Assembly (NCBI GenBank): GCA_964576835.1
Contig: CAZNXK010000002.1
Span: forward strand, 13,789-77,788
Direction of reading: 5' to 3'
Length of the DNA: 64,000 nt
From: an uncultured Treponemataceae bacterium
GTDB lineage: Bacteria > Spirochaetota > Spirochaetia > Treponematales > UBA12059
Below are positions 36,202 to 44,594 of the stretch, piece after piece; the first letter of the stretch is position 1, and every line of letters starts with the position of its first letter. The notes under the pieces were generated by a model that worked only from the letters and a program-made list of their open reading frames with translations, made no database searches and was not told the DNA's origin. A program made the translations under genes and the position numbers.

Positions 36202-37371
36202 ATGAGCAAATACAGGACTACCATACTAGCCGCGGCGTTGCTGTTCGCGGCATCGTCTGCCTTTGCCGACGACGCCGTCAGGACCTACGGCCGCGTCCTG
36301 GCAGAAGCCGGGACGGTAGAGCAGAAATACGCCATCGCGACGAGCATTGCCGCGCTCAACGATCCCGACGCGGCCCGGTACGTCGCCGATGCCCTTGATT
36401 GGGCTCTCGCGACCCGCGGCTCCAGCAAGACCGGCCCCGAACGGGAAATTTACGAACGTCTTTCAAGGACACTGCTCAAGTTGCTTGGCGATTGGCGCTA
36501 CACGAATGCGGCGTCTTCTGTCATGAGGGCCGTCGATGATTCGCCCGATCCGCTGACCAAGGCGGAAGCGCTGATAGCCCTGGGCTCGATGCGTGCCGTG
36601 GAGTATGCCGAACGGGTCTCGCTCCTGCTCCGCGACATGAACAACGATCCTGCGGCCGATCGTGACGCCGGCGAGAAGATAGCCTACGGCTGCGTGCTGG
36701 CACTTGAACGGATGCGCTCTCCCGTGGGATTCTCGCCGCTTTTCTTCGCCAGCGAGGGCTGGTACTCAAAGCGCGTCCGCGACCAGGCAGAACGGAGCCT
36801 TCCGCTGATACTCGAGGACCCGAGCGATGCGGTCATCGCGATCCTGTCGGTGGAGACACCGCCGCGGATGATCAGGGCTCTCGCGCTCGAGCTTCGCTCT
36901 GCGGCACCCGCGGCCGGCAAGCGCCGGGTCGCGTCCATGGCTCTTGCGCGCGGCATAGCGTCATTGCCAAGGTTCAAGACCGAAGCGAACCAGCTTTCCG
37001 AGCTGCGTGTGATGGCCATGAACGCGCTCGCCGCAATGGGACCGGGCGACGGCTCGCTGGCATCGAACTTTACCGAGGCTTACCGAATAGGGCCGACCGA
37101 CGAGCGCCTCGTCGCGCTCAAGGCGATGGGCGCCGACAGGACCGCCCCCTCGGCGCTGGCGCTGCGCGACATCATCCTCGACCTCAACTCGGCCCAGCTC
37201 GCGGGAGTCGTCGACGAGACCAGGAACGCGCTGATGCGCGCCGCCTTGCAGAACGCCGCGATCAACGCAAGCAAGGAACTGGCCCCGGCGATCCAGACCG
37301 TGCTGATCAACTCAGGCTGGTCGGGCGGCGTGCTCACGCTTGCGAGCGCCGCGCAGAAAGCCCTCCAGTGA
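36202..37371 (+). CDS. Secreted alpha-helical (HEAT/ARM-like) repeat protein, hypothetical
   Basis: Signal peptide MSKYRTTILAAALLFAASSAFA. The body is Ala/Leu-rich helical repeats. The ATG at 36202 is chosen inside track ORF 36166..37371. Confidence 0.65.
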   Translation: MSKYRTTILAAALLFAASSAFADDAVRTYGRVLAEAGTVEQKYAIATSIAALNDPDAARYVADALDWALATRGSSKTGPEREIYERLSRTLLKLLGDWRYTNAASSVMRAVDDSPDPLTKAEALIALGSMRAVEYAERVSLLLRDMNNDPAADRDAGEKIAYGCVLALERMRSPVGFSPLFFASEGWYSKRVRDQAERSLPLILEDPSDAVIAILSVETPPRMIRALALELRSAAPAAGKRRVASMALARGIASLPRFKTEANQLSELRVMAMNALAAMGPGDGSLASNFTEAYRIGPTDERLVALKAMGADRTAPSALALRDIILDLNSAQLAGVVDETRNALMRAALQNAAINASKELAPAIQTVLINSGWSGGVLTLASAAQKALQ

Positions 37372-38489
37372 GCAGCCTCAAAACCCGCCGCCACACCCTG
37401 GCCGCCTCGCTTGCTTCGGGTCGCATCGCGATGGCCATGTTCGAGGACACTGAAGGACGACGGGATCCTTCAATACGCTATTTCACGGGCCACCCAGGCG
37501 ACGCGCTGCTTTTCATCGCCGCCGACGGCCGCTCCCTCCTCGTCCCATGGGACGTGAACATGGCCGCGACGATGGCCGATGTCGATGACACGGTCGCGTA
37601 CACCGATTTCAAGCGAAGCCCGTTCGCCGCCATGGCCGGAGCCATAGAGCGGTTGGGAATAGAGGCCGGCTCTGTCATCGACCTGCCCTCGGTCACGCCC
37701 TACCCCATGTACGTGGACTATGTCGAAGCCTGCCCTGACCACGATTTCCGCTGTACCGAAGACGGCGAGGCGAAGTTCGCCTCTTCGATGCGCGCGGTCA
37801 AGGACGCCGACGAATTGGCCGTCTACCGCGCCGTCTCGTCCATCACCGACACGGCCATGGACGAGATTGAAGCAGGGGTTCGCTCCGGTCGCCTGGCCAC
37901 AGAGACCGATGTGGCTCTTTTCATCGAGCGTTTCCTAAGGGAACATGGTTGCGAAGCAGCCGGCTTCGAGACGCTCGCCGCCGGCCCGTCAAGGAGCTTC
38001 GGCATTCACGCGTTTCCAGCCTACACCGCAGCCGCCTTCGCGACCGAGGGCATGTCCATCCTCGATTTCGGCCTTTGCTACAAGGGTTACACCTCAGACG
38101 TCACGATGACCTTCGTCCGGGGACCCGTGGCGGGCAAGCGCGCCGAGATGATAGGCCTGGTCAAGCAGGCGCACCGGGAAGCCATCGCCGCATGCCGCCC
38201 AGGCGCCAGGAGCATGGACGTGGCAGCCATCGCCGACGCCATCTTCGCCGCGAAGGGCTATGCGATGCCGCACGCGCTCGGCCACGGCGTGGGCCTCGAG
38301 GCGCACGAGGCTCCGGCGGTGCGCAATCGCGAGGACAACGATTGGGTGCTCGCACCTGGCCACATCATCACGATAGAACCGGGACTCTACGATCCTTCGG
38401 CCGGCGGCGTCCGCCTCGAGGACGACGTGCTCATCACCGAGTCCGGCGCGGAAGTGCTGACGCACGCGAGGATAGTCGAACTGGGTTGA
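37368..38489 (+). CDS. M24-family Xaa-Pro aminopeptidase/dipeptidase
   Basis: Has YTSDVTMTF, HALGHGVGLEAHEAP and GGVRLEDDVLIT metal-ligand motifs. The GTG start overlaps the upstream stop. Confidence 0.88.
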   Translation: MSSLKTRRHTLAASLASGRIAMAMFEDTEGRRDPSIRYFTGHPGDALLFIAADGRSLLVPWDVNMAATMADVDDTVAYTDFKRSPFAAMAGAIERLGIEAGSVIDLPSVTPYPMYVDYVEACPDHDFRCTEDGEAKFASSMRAVKDADELAVYRAVSSITDTAMDEIEAGVRSGRLATETDVALFIERFLREHGCEAAGFETLAAGPSRSFGIHAFPAYTAAAFATEGMSILDFGLCYKGYTSDVTMTFVRGPVAGKRAEMIGLVKQAHREAIAACRPGARSMDVAAIADAIFAAKGYAMPHALGHGVGLEAHEAPAVRNREDNDWVLAPGHIITIEPGLYDPSAGGVRLEDDVLITESGAEVLTHARIVELG

Positions 38490-38501
38490 TTCATGGCCTG
38501 G

Positions 38502-39515
38502 CTACAGCCGCGCCGCAGTCCAGGCAAGGGTCCTGCCGGCGGCGAGCGGCGTGACGCCGTCCAGCGCTGCCGGCACGGTCCATGGCGTGCGCGACAAGGC
38601 GAGCCGCCCCTGGTTGTACGGCAGGCCGTAGAACCGCGCGCCGTTCTCCGACACGAAGGCCTCGAGGCGGTCGAGCCGCCCGGCGTCCTCGAAGGCGGCG
38701 GCGAGCAGGCTCATGGCGACGGGCGCTGAATAGCAGCCAGCGGCGCCGCCTGCCTTGGCCGCGGGCGGATGCGGTGCGCTGTCGCTGCCGAAGAAGAAGC
38801 GGGGCGAGCCCGCGGCCAGGACAAGCGCCTCGCGGTCCCTGGCGCTTTTCAGCACAGGCCTGCAGAAATACGATGGATCCAGCCTGTCACCGATCATGTC
38901 GTCGATGGTGTACGACAGATGATGGGCGCTGATGGTCGCGGCGACCCGTTCGGGCCAACCCAGGACCGCGTCCACCGCGGTTGCCGTCGACAGGTGTTCT
39001 ACCACTATCCTGATCCCTGGATGACTCGCAAGCAACCTGTCCACGGTCGGCAGGAAGGCCGTCTCGCGCTCCAGCGCCGGAACCAGCGGATCCTCGGCAT
39101 GCACCGACAGCACGAGGCCCGCAGCCTCCATCGCGACGAGTTCGACGGCGACGCTGCCCGGGTCGGGAATGCCGTCCGAGGAGTTCGTCGTCGCACCGGC
39201 CGGATAGTACTTGCCCGCCTTGGCTCCCGCCGCCGCGCAGGCGAATACGGCGTCGCGCCCCATGCCGGGGACCAGCTTGAAGCTCATCACCGGCTCGGCA
39301 ACCAGGCCCGACGCGGCCACGGCCGCGACCAGCGCCCGTCGGTAGTCGTCCATCGAGGCAGCTGTGGCAAGCGGCGGAACGACGTTGGGCATCGCGAGGA
39401 AGCGGCCGAAATGCGCTGCTGTCCTCGCCACGTAGGCCGCCATGGCCGGTCCCTGGCGCATGTGGACATGGAAATCGTCTGGAAGGCGTATCACGAGATC
39501 AGCCACCGAAGGCAA
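38502..39515 (-). CDS. pyrC: Dihydroorotase (E. coli-type, class II)
   Basis: LPDDFHVHMRQG, AMPNVVPP and KYYPAGATTNSSDGI align with E. coli PyrC (RPDDWHLHLRDG, VMPNLAPP, KLYPANATTNSSHGV). Confidence 0.88.
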   Translation of the reverse strand: MPSVADLVIRLPDDFHVHMRQGPAMAAYVARTAAHFGRFLAMPNVVPPLATAASMDDYRRALVAAVAASGLVAEPVMSFKLVPGMGRDAVFACAAAGAKAGKYYPAGATTNSSDGIPDPGSVAVELVAMEAAGLVLSVHAEDPLVPALERETAFLPTVDRLLASHPGIRIVVEHLSTATAVDAVLGWPERVAATISAHHLSYTIDDMIGDRLDPSYFCRPVLKSARDREALVLAAGSPRFFFGSDSAPHPPAAKAGGAAGCYSAPVAMSLLAAAFEDAGRLDRLEAFVSENGARFYGLPYNQGRLALSRTPWTVPAALDGVTPLAAGRTLAWTAARL

Positions 39516-41121
39516 ACTCCACGATGGAAACGTCGTCGTCGAACAGGGCTTTGGACGACAGTCCGCGCACCGAGTCGACGATGCGTTTTATCGGCGACAG
39601 GCAGGCTGGCGATACCAGGCACTCGCGGTGATGCGCCTCGAGGAGAGTCATGAATTCCTCCCAGGCCAGTATGGTTCCCGCCTTGGTCCTGACCTCGAAG
39701 AGTCCATCGCTGAAAAGGTACAGGTTGGAATCGGGATCGATCAGCTGATCGAATTCGCCGAAGCTCGCCGCCTCGTCGACGCCTATCACCGGTCCGTCGC
39801 CAGCAAGCTCGATGACCGAGCCGCCTGCCCCGACAAGGATGGCGGGCGGGCTTCCTGCGCTCGCGTAGCGGAGCTGCCTCGTGGACGAGTCGTACACGCC
39901 GTACCATATCGTGAAGAACATGTTGTTCTGGTCCTCGATGCGGAACGACCTGTTGAGCTTCGAGAGCACCGACGACGGCGACGAGTAGTCGACCCCGCCG
40001 AGCGACAGGCTGCGCAGCATGTTCATGATGGTCACGGACAGCAGCGCGGCCTGGATTCCGTGCCCGCTGACGTCGAGAAGGTACAGCGCAAGTCGCTTGT
40101 CGTCGATGGCGTGGTAGAAGAAGCAATCTCCCCCGAGGCTCAGGGATGGTATGAATTCCCAATCGGCGGCCACGCCCTGCCAGCGGAGCCGCTTGGGCAG
40201 TAGGCTCCTGACATACTCTGCGGCATCGCGCAGTTCGCCGGCCAGGCGTTGCTGGGTCTCGATGAGACGGCGGAGCGCCTCGTCATTCTCGCGCTTGTAC
40301 GCCTTCTTTTCGAGGAGGCTGTCGATGCGGGCCTTGAGTATCAGGGGATTGAAGTCCCGCGGCATGTAATCCTCGGCGCCGAGCTCGAGGCAACGGGCCA
40401 TGGAAGCGGGGTCGTCGAGCGCTGAAACCACGATGGTCGACATGTCGCGGAGCCTCGGGTCGTCATGGATGGCCTCGAGGAACTGGTAGCCGTTCATGCC
40501 GGGCATCATCACGTCGAGGACGACGATGTCGAACGGCGCCTCGGACAGTATCGAGAAGGCCTCGTTGCCGTTGGCCGCCTGGCAGACGACGTGTCCCTGC
40601 CGTTCGAGATGCCTCGAAAGAATCTCCCGGTTGAACGGGTCGTCGTCCACGACGAGAATGCGCCCGGAGACGCGGCGGACTTCCGGCTGGCTGGCGGCAC
40701 GGCTCAAGGAAGACGGATCGGTATCGATGGTCGAGAAGGCGTCGGCGCCTTCGAACAGGTCTGAAAGCGCGTTTGCCGCTTCGTGGACCTTGTGGATGTC
40801 CTCGAGCGCCTTGGTGCCGGCGGGCGATACGCGCCTTGCCGACTGGACAAGCGAGACGAGTTCATAGATGTGCTCGTAGACCTGCATGCGGAGCGCATTG
40901 GATGGTTCCGAACCGTCGAGGATCGAGGCCAGGTACGCCAGCACCGGTTGCCGGAGGGCTATCGCGGCCGCGCCTATGGCCCTGAAGCTTGCGCTGAGTT
41001 CCGGTGCCGTCAGCGTGCCCGAATCGCCGGCCAGCAACTCCCCGAACCCGACGACATGATTGAGTATGGTCCTCGCCTCGTGGCGGAACCGTGCCCGCAC
41101 GTCGTCGTCTTTTCCGTTCAT
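39499..41121 (-). CDS. Response regulator fused to a PP2C/SpoIIE-type phosphatase, with an N-terminal HisKA/HPt-like helical domain
   Basis: 540 aa. The N-terminus FRHEARTILNHVVGFGELL is H-box-like. The receiver is RILVVDDDPFNRE...DIVVLDVMMPGMNG. The PP2C part has GGDCFFYHAIDDKRLALYLLDVSGHGIQAA and LYLFSDGL. Its 3' end overlaps the pyrC start by 17 nt. Confidence 0.88.
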   Translation of the reverse strand: MNGKDDDVRARFRHEARTILNHVVGFGELLAGDSGTLTAPELSASFRAIGAAAIALRQPVLAYLASILDGSEPSNALRMQVYEHIYELVSLVQSARRVSPAGTKALEDIHKVHEAANALSDLFEGADAFSTIDTDPSSLSRAASQPEVRRVSGRILVVDDDPFNREILSRHLERQGHVVCQAANGNEAFSILSEAPFDIVVLDVMMPGMNGYQFLEAIHDDPRLRDMSTIVVSALDDPASMARCLELGAEDYMPRDFNPLILKARIDSLLEKKAYKRENDEALRRLIETQQRLAGELRDAAEYVRSLLPKRLRWQGVAADWEFIPSLSLGGDCFFYHAIDDKRLALYLLDVSGHGIQAALLSVTIMNMLRSLSLGGVDYSSPSSVLSKLNRSFRIEDQNNMFFTIWYGVYDSSTRQLRYASAGSPPAILVGAGGSVIELAGDGPVIGVDEAASFGEFDQLIDPDSNLYLFSDGLFEVRTKAGTILAWEEFMTLLEAHHRECLVSPACLSPIKRIVDSVRGLSSKALFDDDVSIVEFAFGG

Positions 41122-41133
41122 GATGCTGTAATC

Positions 41134-41268
41134 CTAGCTTTTCTCCGCGTGTTCTTCCGCATATTTCCTGAATTCCTCTTCGGACATGGTATCTGCGTAC
41201 AGGGGATACAGCGCCTCGACAAGCTCGTCCAGGGACGGAAATTTCGCACCGTCCAGCTTATACGTCAT
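41134..41268 (-). CDS. Possible 44-aa ORF upstream of the RR-PP2C gene
   Basis: Sequence MTYKLDGAKFPSLDELVEALYPLYADTMSEEEFRKYAEEHAEKS. GGGAGTGA lies upstream of the ATG at 41268, and the stop is 12 nt before the next start. It is below the track's length cut-off. Confidence 0.3.
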   Translation of the reverse strand: MTYKLDGAKFPSLDELVEALYPLYADTMSEEEFRKYAEEHAEKS

Positions 41269-41368
41269 TTCCGTCACTCCCACGACTCACTCTGCGGGAA
41301 TCGTTCAAGCATCCTAGCCTAAGGTAACGCTTTTGGCAACAAACGGCGCGAAGGAGGAGCGCTCTTCC

Positions 41369-41397
41369 TTGATGCTGCCGCCACGCTTGCGTATACT
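41369..41397 (+). promoter_or_regulatory. Candidate sigma-70-type promoter giving a leaderless CDF transcript
   Basis: TTGATG (41369-41374), 17 nt, TATACT (41392-41397). The ATG at 41404 lies 6 nt after the -10 hexamer. Confidence 0.35.
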
Positions 41398-41403
41398 CGT
41401 CCG

Positions 41404-42324
41404 ATGGATCGAAACAACATCATCAGGCAGGCAGCCGGCTTCAGCCTTGTCGGAAACGCCATCCTGGCTTCAAGCAAGATAGTAGTCGGATTCCTGGCAG
41501 GTTCACTCGCGGTCGTCGGCGATGGCATCGACTCGTCTACCGACGTAGTGATATCCATCGTCGCCCTGGCCGCATCGACAATCATTTCCAAGCCATCGGA
41601 CAAGGAACACCCATACGGACACGCCAGGGCGGAAACCACAGCGACGACCATCCTGGCCTTCTTCATATTCTTCGCAGGAGCCCAGCTCTTCCTGTCGACT
41701 ATCCATACGCTGCGGGAAGGTGCCGTCAGGGAAATTCCCGGCACGTTCGCAATCTGGGTGACCCTCGGCTCCATCATCGGCAAGCTGCTGCTTGCGTGGT
41801 CGCAGGAGAGCGCCGGGAAGAAAACCGGTTCGACCATGCTCCAGGCCAACGCGAAGAACATGCGCAACGACGTGATCATTTCCGCCAGCGTATTGGTCGG
41901 CCTGGCGCTGACGCAGATCCTCCGTGCCCCGGTAGCGGATTCGATAGTCGCGCTGTTCGTCGGCGTCTGGGTCATGAAATCCGCAGTCGGCATATTCAGC
42001 GAGGCGAACGACGAGATAATGGACGGCAAGGCTGATCCAGCCCTGTACCGGGCCATATTCGAGGCCGTCAGGATGGTACCTGGCGCAGGAAATCCCCACC
42101 GCGCACGCGTTCGGAAACTGGCATCCCTGTATGACATCGACCTTGACATCGAGATCGACGGGCGCATGACCGTCCGCGAAGCGCACGAAATTGCCCAGGC
42201 GGTCGAGGTCGCCATCAAGGATCGCATTTTCGGAGTCTATGATATCGTGGTCCATGTGGAGCCGGCCGGCGGGGGCGAGCACGAGGAGCAGTACGGCCTC
42301 AACGAGAAACGCCTCGACGAATAA
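41404..42324 (+). CDS. Cation diffusion facilitator (CDF) family divalent-metal exporter
   Basis: 306 aa. Shows the signature SLAVVGDGIDSSTDVV...HPYGHARAE, six hydrophobic helices and a C-terminal cytoplasmic domain (DLDIEIDGRMTVREAHEIA). Confidence 0.88.
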   Translation: MDRNNIIRQAAGFSLVGNAILASSKIVVGFLAGSLAVVGDGIDSSTDVVISIVALAASTIISKPSDKEHPYGHARAETTATTILAFFIFFAGAQLFLSTIHTLREGAVREIPGTFAIWVTLGSIIGKLLLAWSQESAGKKTGSTMLQANAKNMRNDVIISASVLVGLALTQILRAPVADSIVALFVGVWVMKSAVGIFSEANDEIMDGKADPALYRAIFEAVRMVPGAGNPHRARVRKLASLYDIDLDIEIDGRMTVREAHEIAQAVEVAIKDRIFGVYDIVVHVEPAGGGEHEEQYGLNEKRLDE

Positions 42325-42336
42325 ACAATTGCCATC

Positions 42337-43758
42337 ATGGGGATAGCCGTACCTGCCAGTTTCGATATTCCGACGCTCAGCCTGGCCCTGACCATAGTGC
42401 ACCTTGGCAGTGCCTTGTTCGCCTGCCTGCTATTCGCGTATCACCGCTCGTTTCCCGGCGCCAGGCTCTGGATCCTCGGCCAGTTCCTGCTGACGACAGG
42501 CGCGCTGGGCGTCACGATGCAGTCGCTCGGGCTGCCATATTCGACGCTGGGAGTATCGAACGTCGCCCTGCTGGCCAGCGTCGTTGTCATGGGCAACGCG
42601 ATCTGGTTGTTCCGCTTCGGTGGCGGATTCCCTTTCTGGATGTATGCGGTGATACCCCTGGGCATCATCGCATGGTATGCCCGTGCCGGGACCACGACAG
42701 GATTTCAGGTCTTGGCCTTTTCAGGTAGCCTTTGTGTGCTCTCAGGCTCGGTCGCGGCGATGCTCCTGGCCTGGCGCAACGTTCCGTTCGCCAGCGTTTA
42801 CAGGATAGCGTCCATTCCTTTCATTATAACATCGCTTGTAGGGTTCTCCAGAGCGACAGGCGCGGTTCTGGGAAGGCTGCCGCTGACCATATCGGAAACC
42901 GGGGCGATGGGCGCGGTCGAATACATGGTCGGGCTCATTGTCGCTTTCTTCAACCTGTTCGGATACTTCCTGCTGTCGTCGGCGAAGGCCGGGCAGGAAC
43001 TCGAAGCCCGGGAAGCGGAAATCAGGCAGCACAACGACGAGCTGGTCGAGACGGTCGCAACCAAGGACGCGCTGATCGCCGTCATTGGGCACGACCTGCG
43101 TGCACCGGCCTGGAGCGCCGCGCACTATGTCCGCAGCCACCTCGTCGATTTCGACGGCGACCTTAACTCCAAGCGCGAGAAAATCGAAACCCTCGCCGAA
43201 GGCCTCGAAAGAATCTCGGGGCTGCTCGATTCGTTGCTGGAATGGGCTCTCTGCGCCTCCGGGCGGATGAAACTGGAGTCCAGCCCCATCTCGGCAGGAG
43301 AACTGATAGCGGAAGCGGCAACGGATCTCGGGTCGGTGGCCGCCGTCAAACGCGTATCGATCGAAGCGCCGACAGGCGATGGCATCATCGCGGGGGACAG
43401 GCGCGCCTTGGCGACCGTGTTCAGGAACCTCCTTTCCAACGCGGTCAAATATTCGAAGGAAGGTTCGTCGGTACGGACGGTGATTGAACAGAAATGCGAG
43501 CCACACGATGGCCAGCGCCTTACCGTCGTCGTCGAGGACGATGGTGTCGGTATGAAGCCGGAGCAACTGGCCGCGTTGTTCATGCCGGGGAGAACCATCC
43601 TCACGCTCGGTACTGCCGATGAGCAGGGCAAGGGATTCGGCCTGGCCATAAGCAAGCTGTTCGTCGAGGCCATGGGTGGAACGATGCGTGTGGAGAGCCA
43701 CTTGGGTCAGGGCAGCCGGTTTGTGCTTGATTTTCCCGTTTCCGGCTCCAAGGAATGA
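42337..43758 (+). CDS. Sensor histidine kinase with polytopic membrane N-terminal domain
   Basis: 473 aa with about 6-7 TM helices. It has a coiled coil, the H-box LIAVIGHDLRAPA, the N-box FRNLLSNAVKYS, and G-boxes VEDDGVGM and GFGLAISK. No response regulator is adjacent. Confidence 0.88.
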   Translation: MGIAVPASFDIPTLSLALTIVHLGSALFACLLFAYHRSFPGARLWILGQFLLTTGALGVTMQSLGLPYSTLGVSNVALLASVVVMGNAIWLFRFGGGFPFWMYAVIPLGIIAWYARAGTTTGFQVLAFSGSLCVLSGSVAAMLLAWRNVPFASVYRIASIPFIITSLVGFSRATGAVLGRLPLTISETGAMGAVEYMVGLIVAFFNLFGYFLLSSAKAGQELEAREAEIRQHNDELVETVATKDALIAVIGHDLRAPAWSAAHYVRSHLVDFDGDLNSKREKIETLAEGLERISGLLDSLLEWALCASGRMKLESSPISAGELIAEAATDLGSVAAVKRVSIEAPTGDGIIAGDRRALATVFRNLLSNAVKYSKEGSSVRTVIEQKCEPHDGQRLTVVVEDDGVGMKPEQLAALFMPGRTILTLGTADEQGKGFGLAISKLFVEAMGGTMRVESHLGQGSRFVLDFPVSGSKE

Positions 43759-43888
43759 GAATATTTTTCACAATTGCCATCACCGGGCAAGAACAGCGCT
43801 TCACGCTCCCTATCGACCAGCGTGTCTAATTGATTGGCGTATATCAAATTAAAAATTCATATTCTCTTTTAGGCAAATATTTTTCATT

Positions 43889-43904
43889 TGGCACGATCCC
43901 TGCA
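43889..43904 (+). promoter_or_regulatory. Sigma-54 (-24/-12) promoter
   Basis: TGGCACGATCCCTGCA differs from the consensus TGGCACG-N4-TTGCW at one position. GG is at 43890-43891, GC at 43902-43903, and the spacing is exact. It lies in an AT-rich spacer 75 nt upstream of the ATG at 43978. Confidence 0.6.
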
Positions 43905-43977
43905 TAGTAATAGATGCCGACTAAATGCGGCCGTCGCCATTCAGGGCGACGATACAGTGGATCTAGAGGAGTCTATC

Positions 43978-44430
43978 ATGAAGCGAATCGCAATCGTATT
44001 CATCGTCGCGCTGGCCGCGGTCGCGGCAGTATCGGCACAGGGTTTCGGAGGCGGCTTCGGGCCGATGGGACAGGGTCAGCAGGCGTTCCAGTCGCAGGTT
44101 CCGCAGGTCGTTTCGACGATCGAAGGCAAGCTGTCGCTCGTACAGGGCCACCCGGCCATGGTCCTCAAGGACAAGACCTATTTCGTGCAGTTGCCGATGC
44201 AGCTGTACGGCTTCATCGACGGCCTCAAGGAAGGCGCTTCCGTCAAGCTCTCGGGCTACGAGCTCGCCATCCCCTACGCAGTCAACAGCTACTTCTTCCG
44301 CGTCACCACGCTGGGGATAGGAGCGAAGAGCTATGACCTGTCGGAGTTCACAGGCGGCATGATGGGCGGCCGCAGTGGCATGATGGGCGGCCGCGGTGGT
44401 TTCGACCGCAGTGGCACGGGCCGCTGGTAA
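43978..44430 (+). CDS. Small secreted Gly/Met-rich protein (possible periplasmic stress or metal-binding protein)
   Basis: 150 aa with signal peptide MKRIAIVFIVALAAVAAVSAQG. It has Gly-rich N- and C-terminal tails (GFGGGFGPMGQGQQ; GGMMGGRSGMMGGRGGFDRSG) around a beta-rich core. An AGAGGAG RBS is present. Confidence 0.7.
   Translation: MKRIAIVFIVALAAVAAVSAQGFGGGFGPMGQGQQAFQSQVPQVVSTIEGKLSLVQGHPAMVLKDKTYFVQLPMQLYGFIDGLKEGASVKLSGYELAIPYAVNSYFFRVTTLGIGAKSYDLSEFTGGMMGGRSGMMGGRGGFDRSGTGRW
44356..44397 (+). repeat. 21-nt tandem duplication inside the Gly/Met-rich gene
   Basis: GGCATGATGGGCGGCCGC occurs at 44356-44373 and again, with 18/18 identity, at 44377-44394. It encodes GMMGGR twice. Confidence 0.8.
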
Positions 44431-44458
44431 GCGGATCCCGGGCAAAGCCCCGCGCTTG

Positions 44459-44500
44459 GACGTCCCGGTTGCCGACAGGCATCCGGGACGTCTTTTCATT
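44459..44500 (+). terminator. Rho-independent terminator
   Basis: GACGTCCCGG (44459-44468) pairs perfectly with CCGGGACGTC (44483-44492) and is followed by TTTTCATTT. It lies 29 nt after the stop. Confidence 0.7.
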
Positions 44501-44594
44501 TATGGCCTGTCTTTCCTATGGATACATCCTTATCTTGACCAAATGCCGTGCTGCGGGTATCCTGCCTTTACTCCTCCCATCAAAGGCGCACGCG

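Noticed and set aside
41319-42402. 302-aa and 299-aa minus-strand ORFs opposite the CDF transporter
   Set aside because: Shadow ORFs. The CDF signature and TM helices are on the plus strand.
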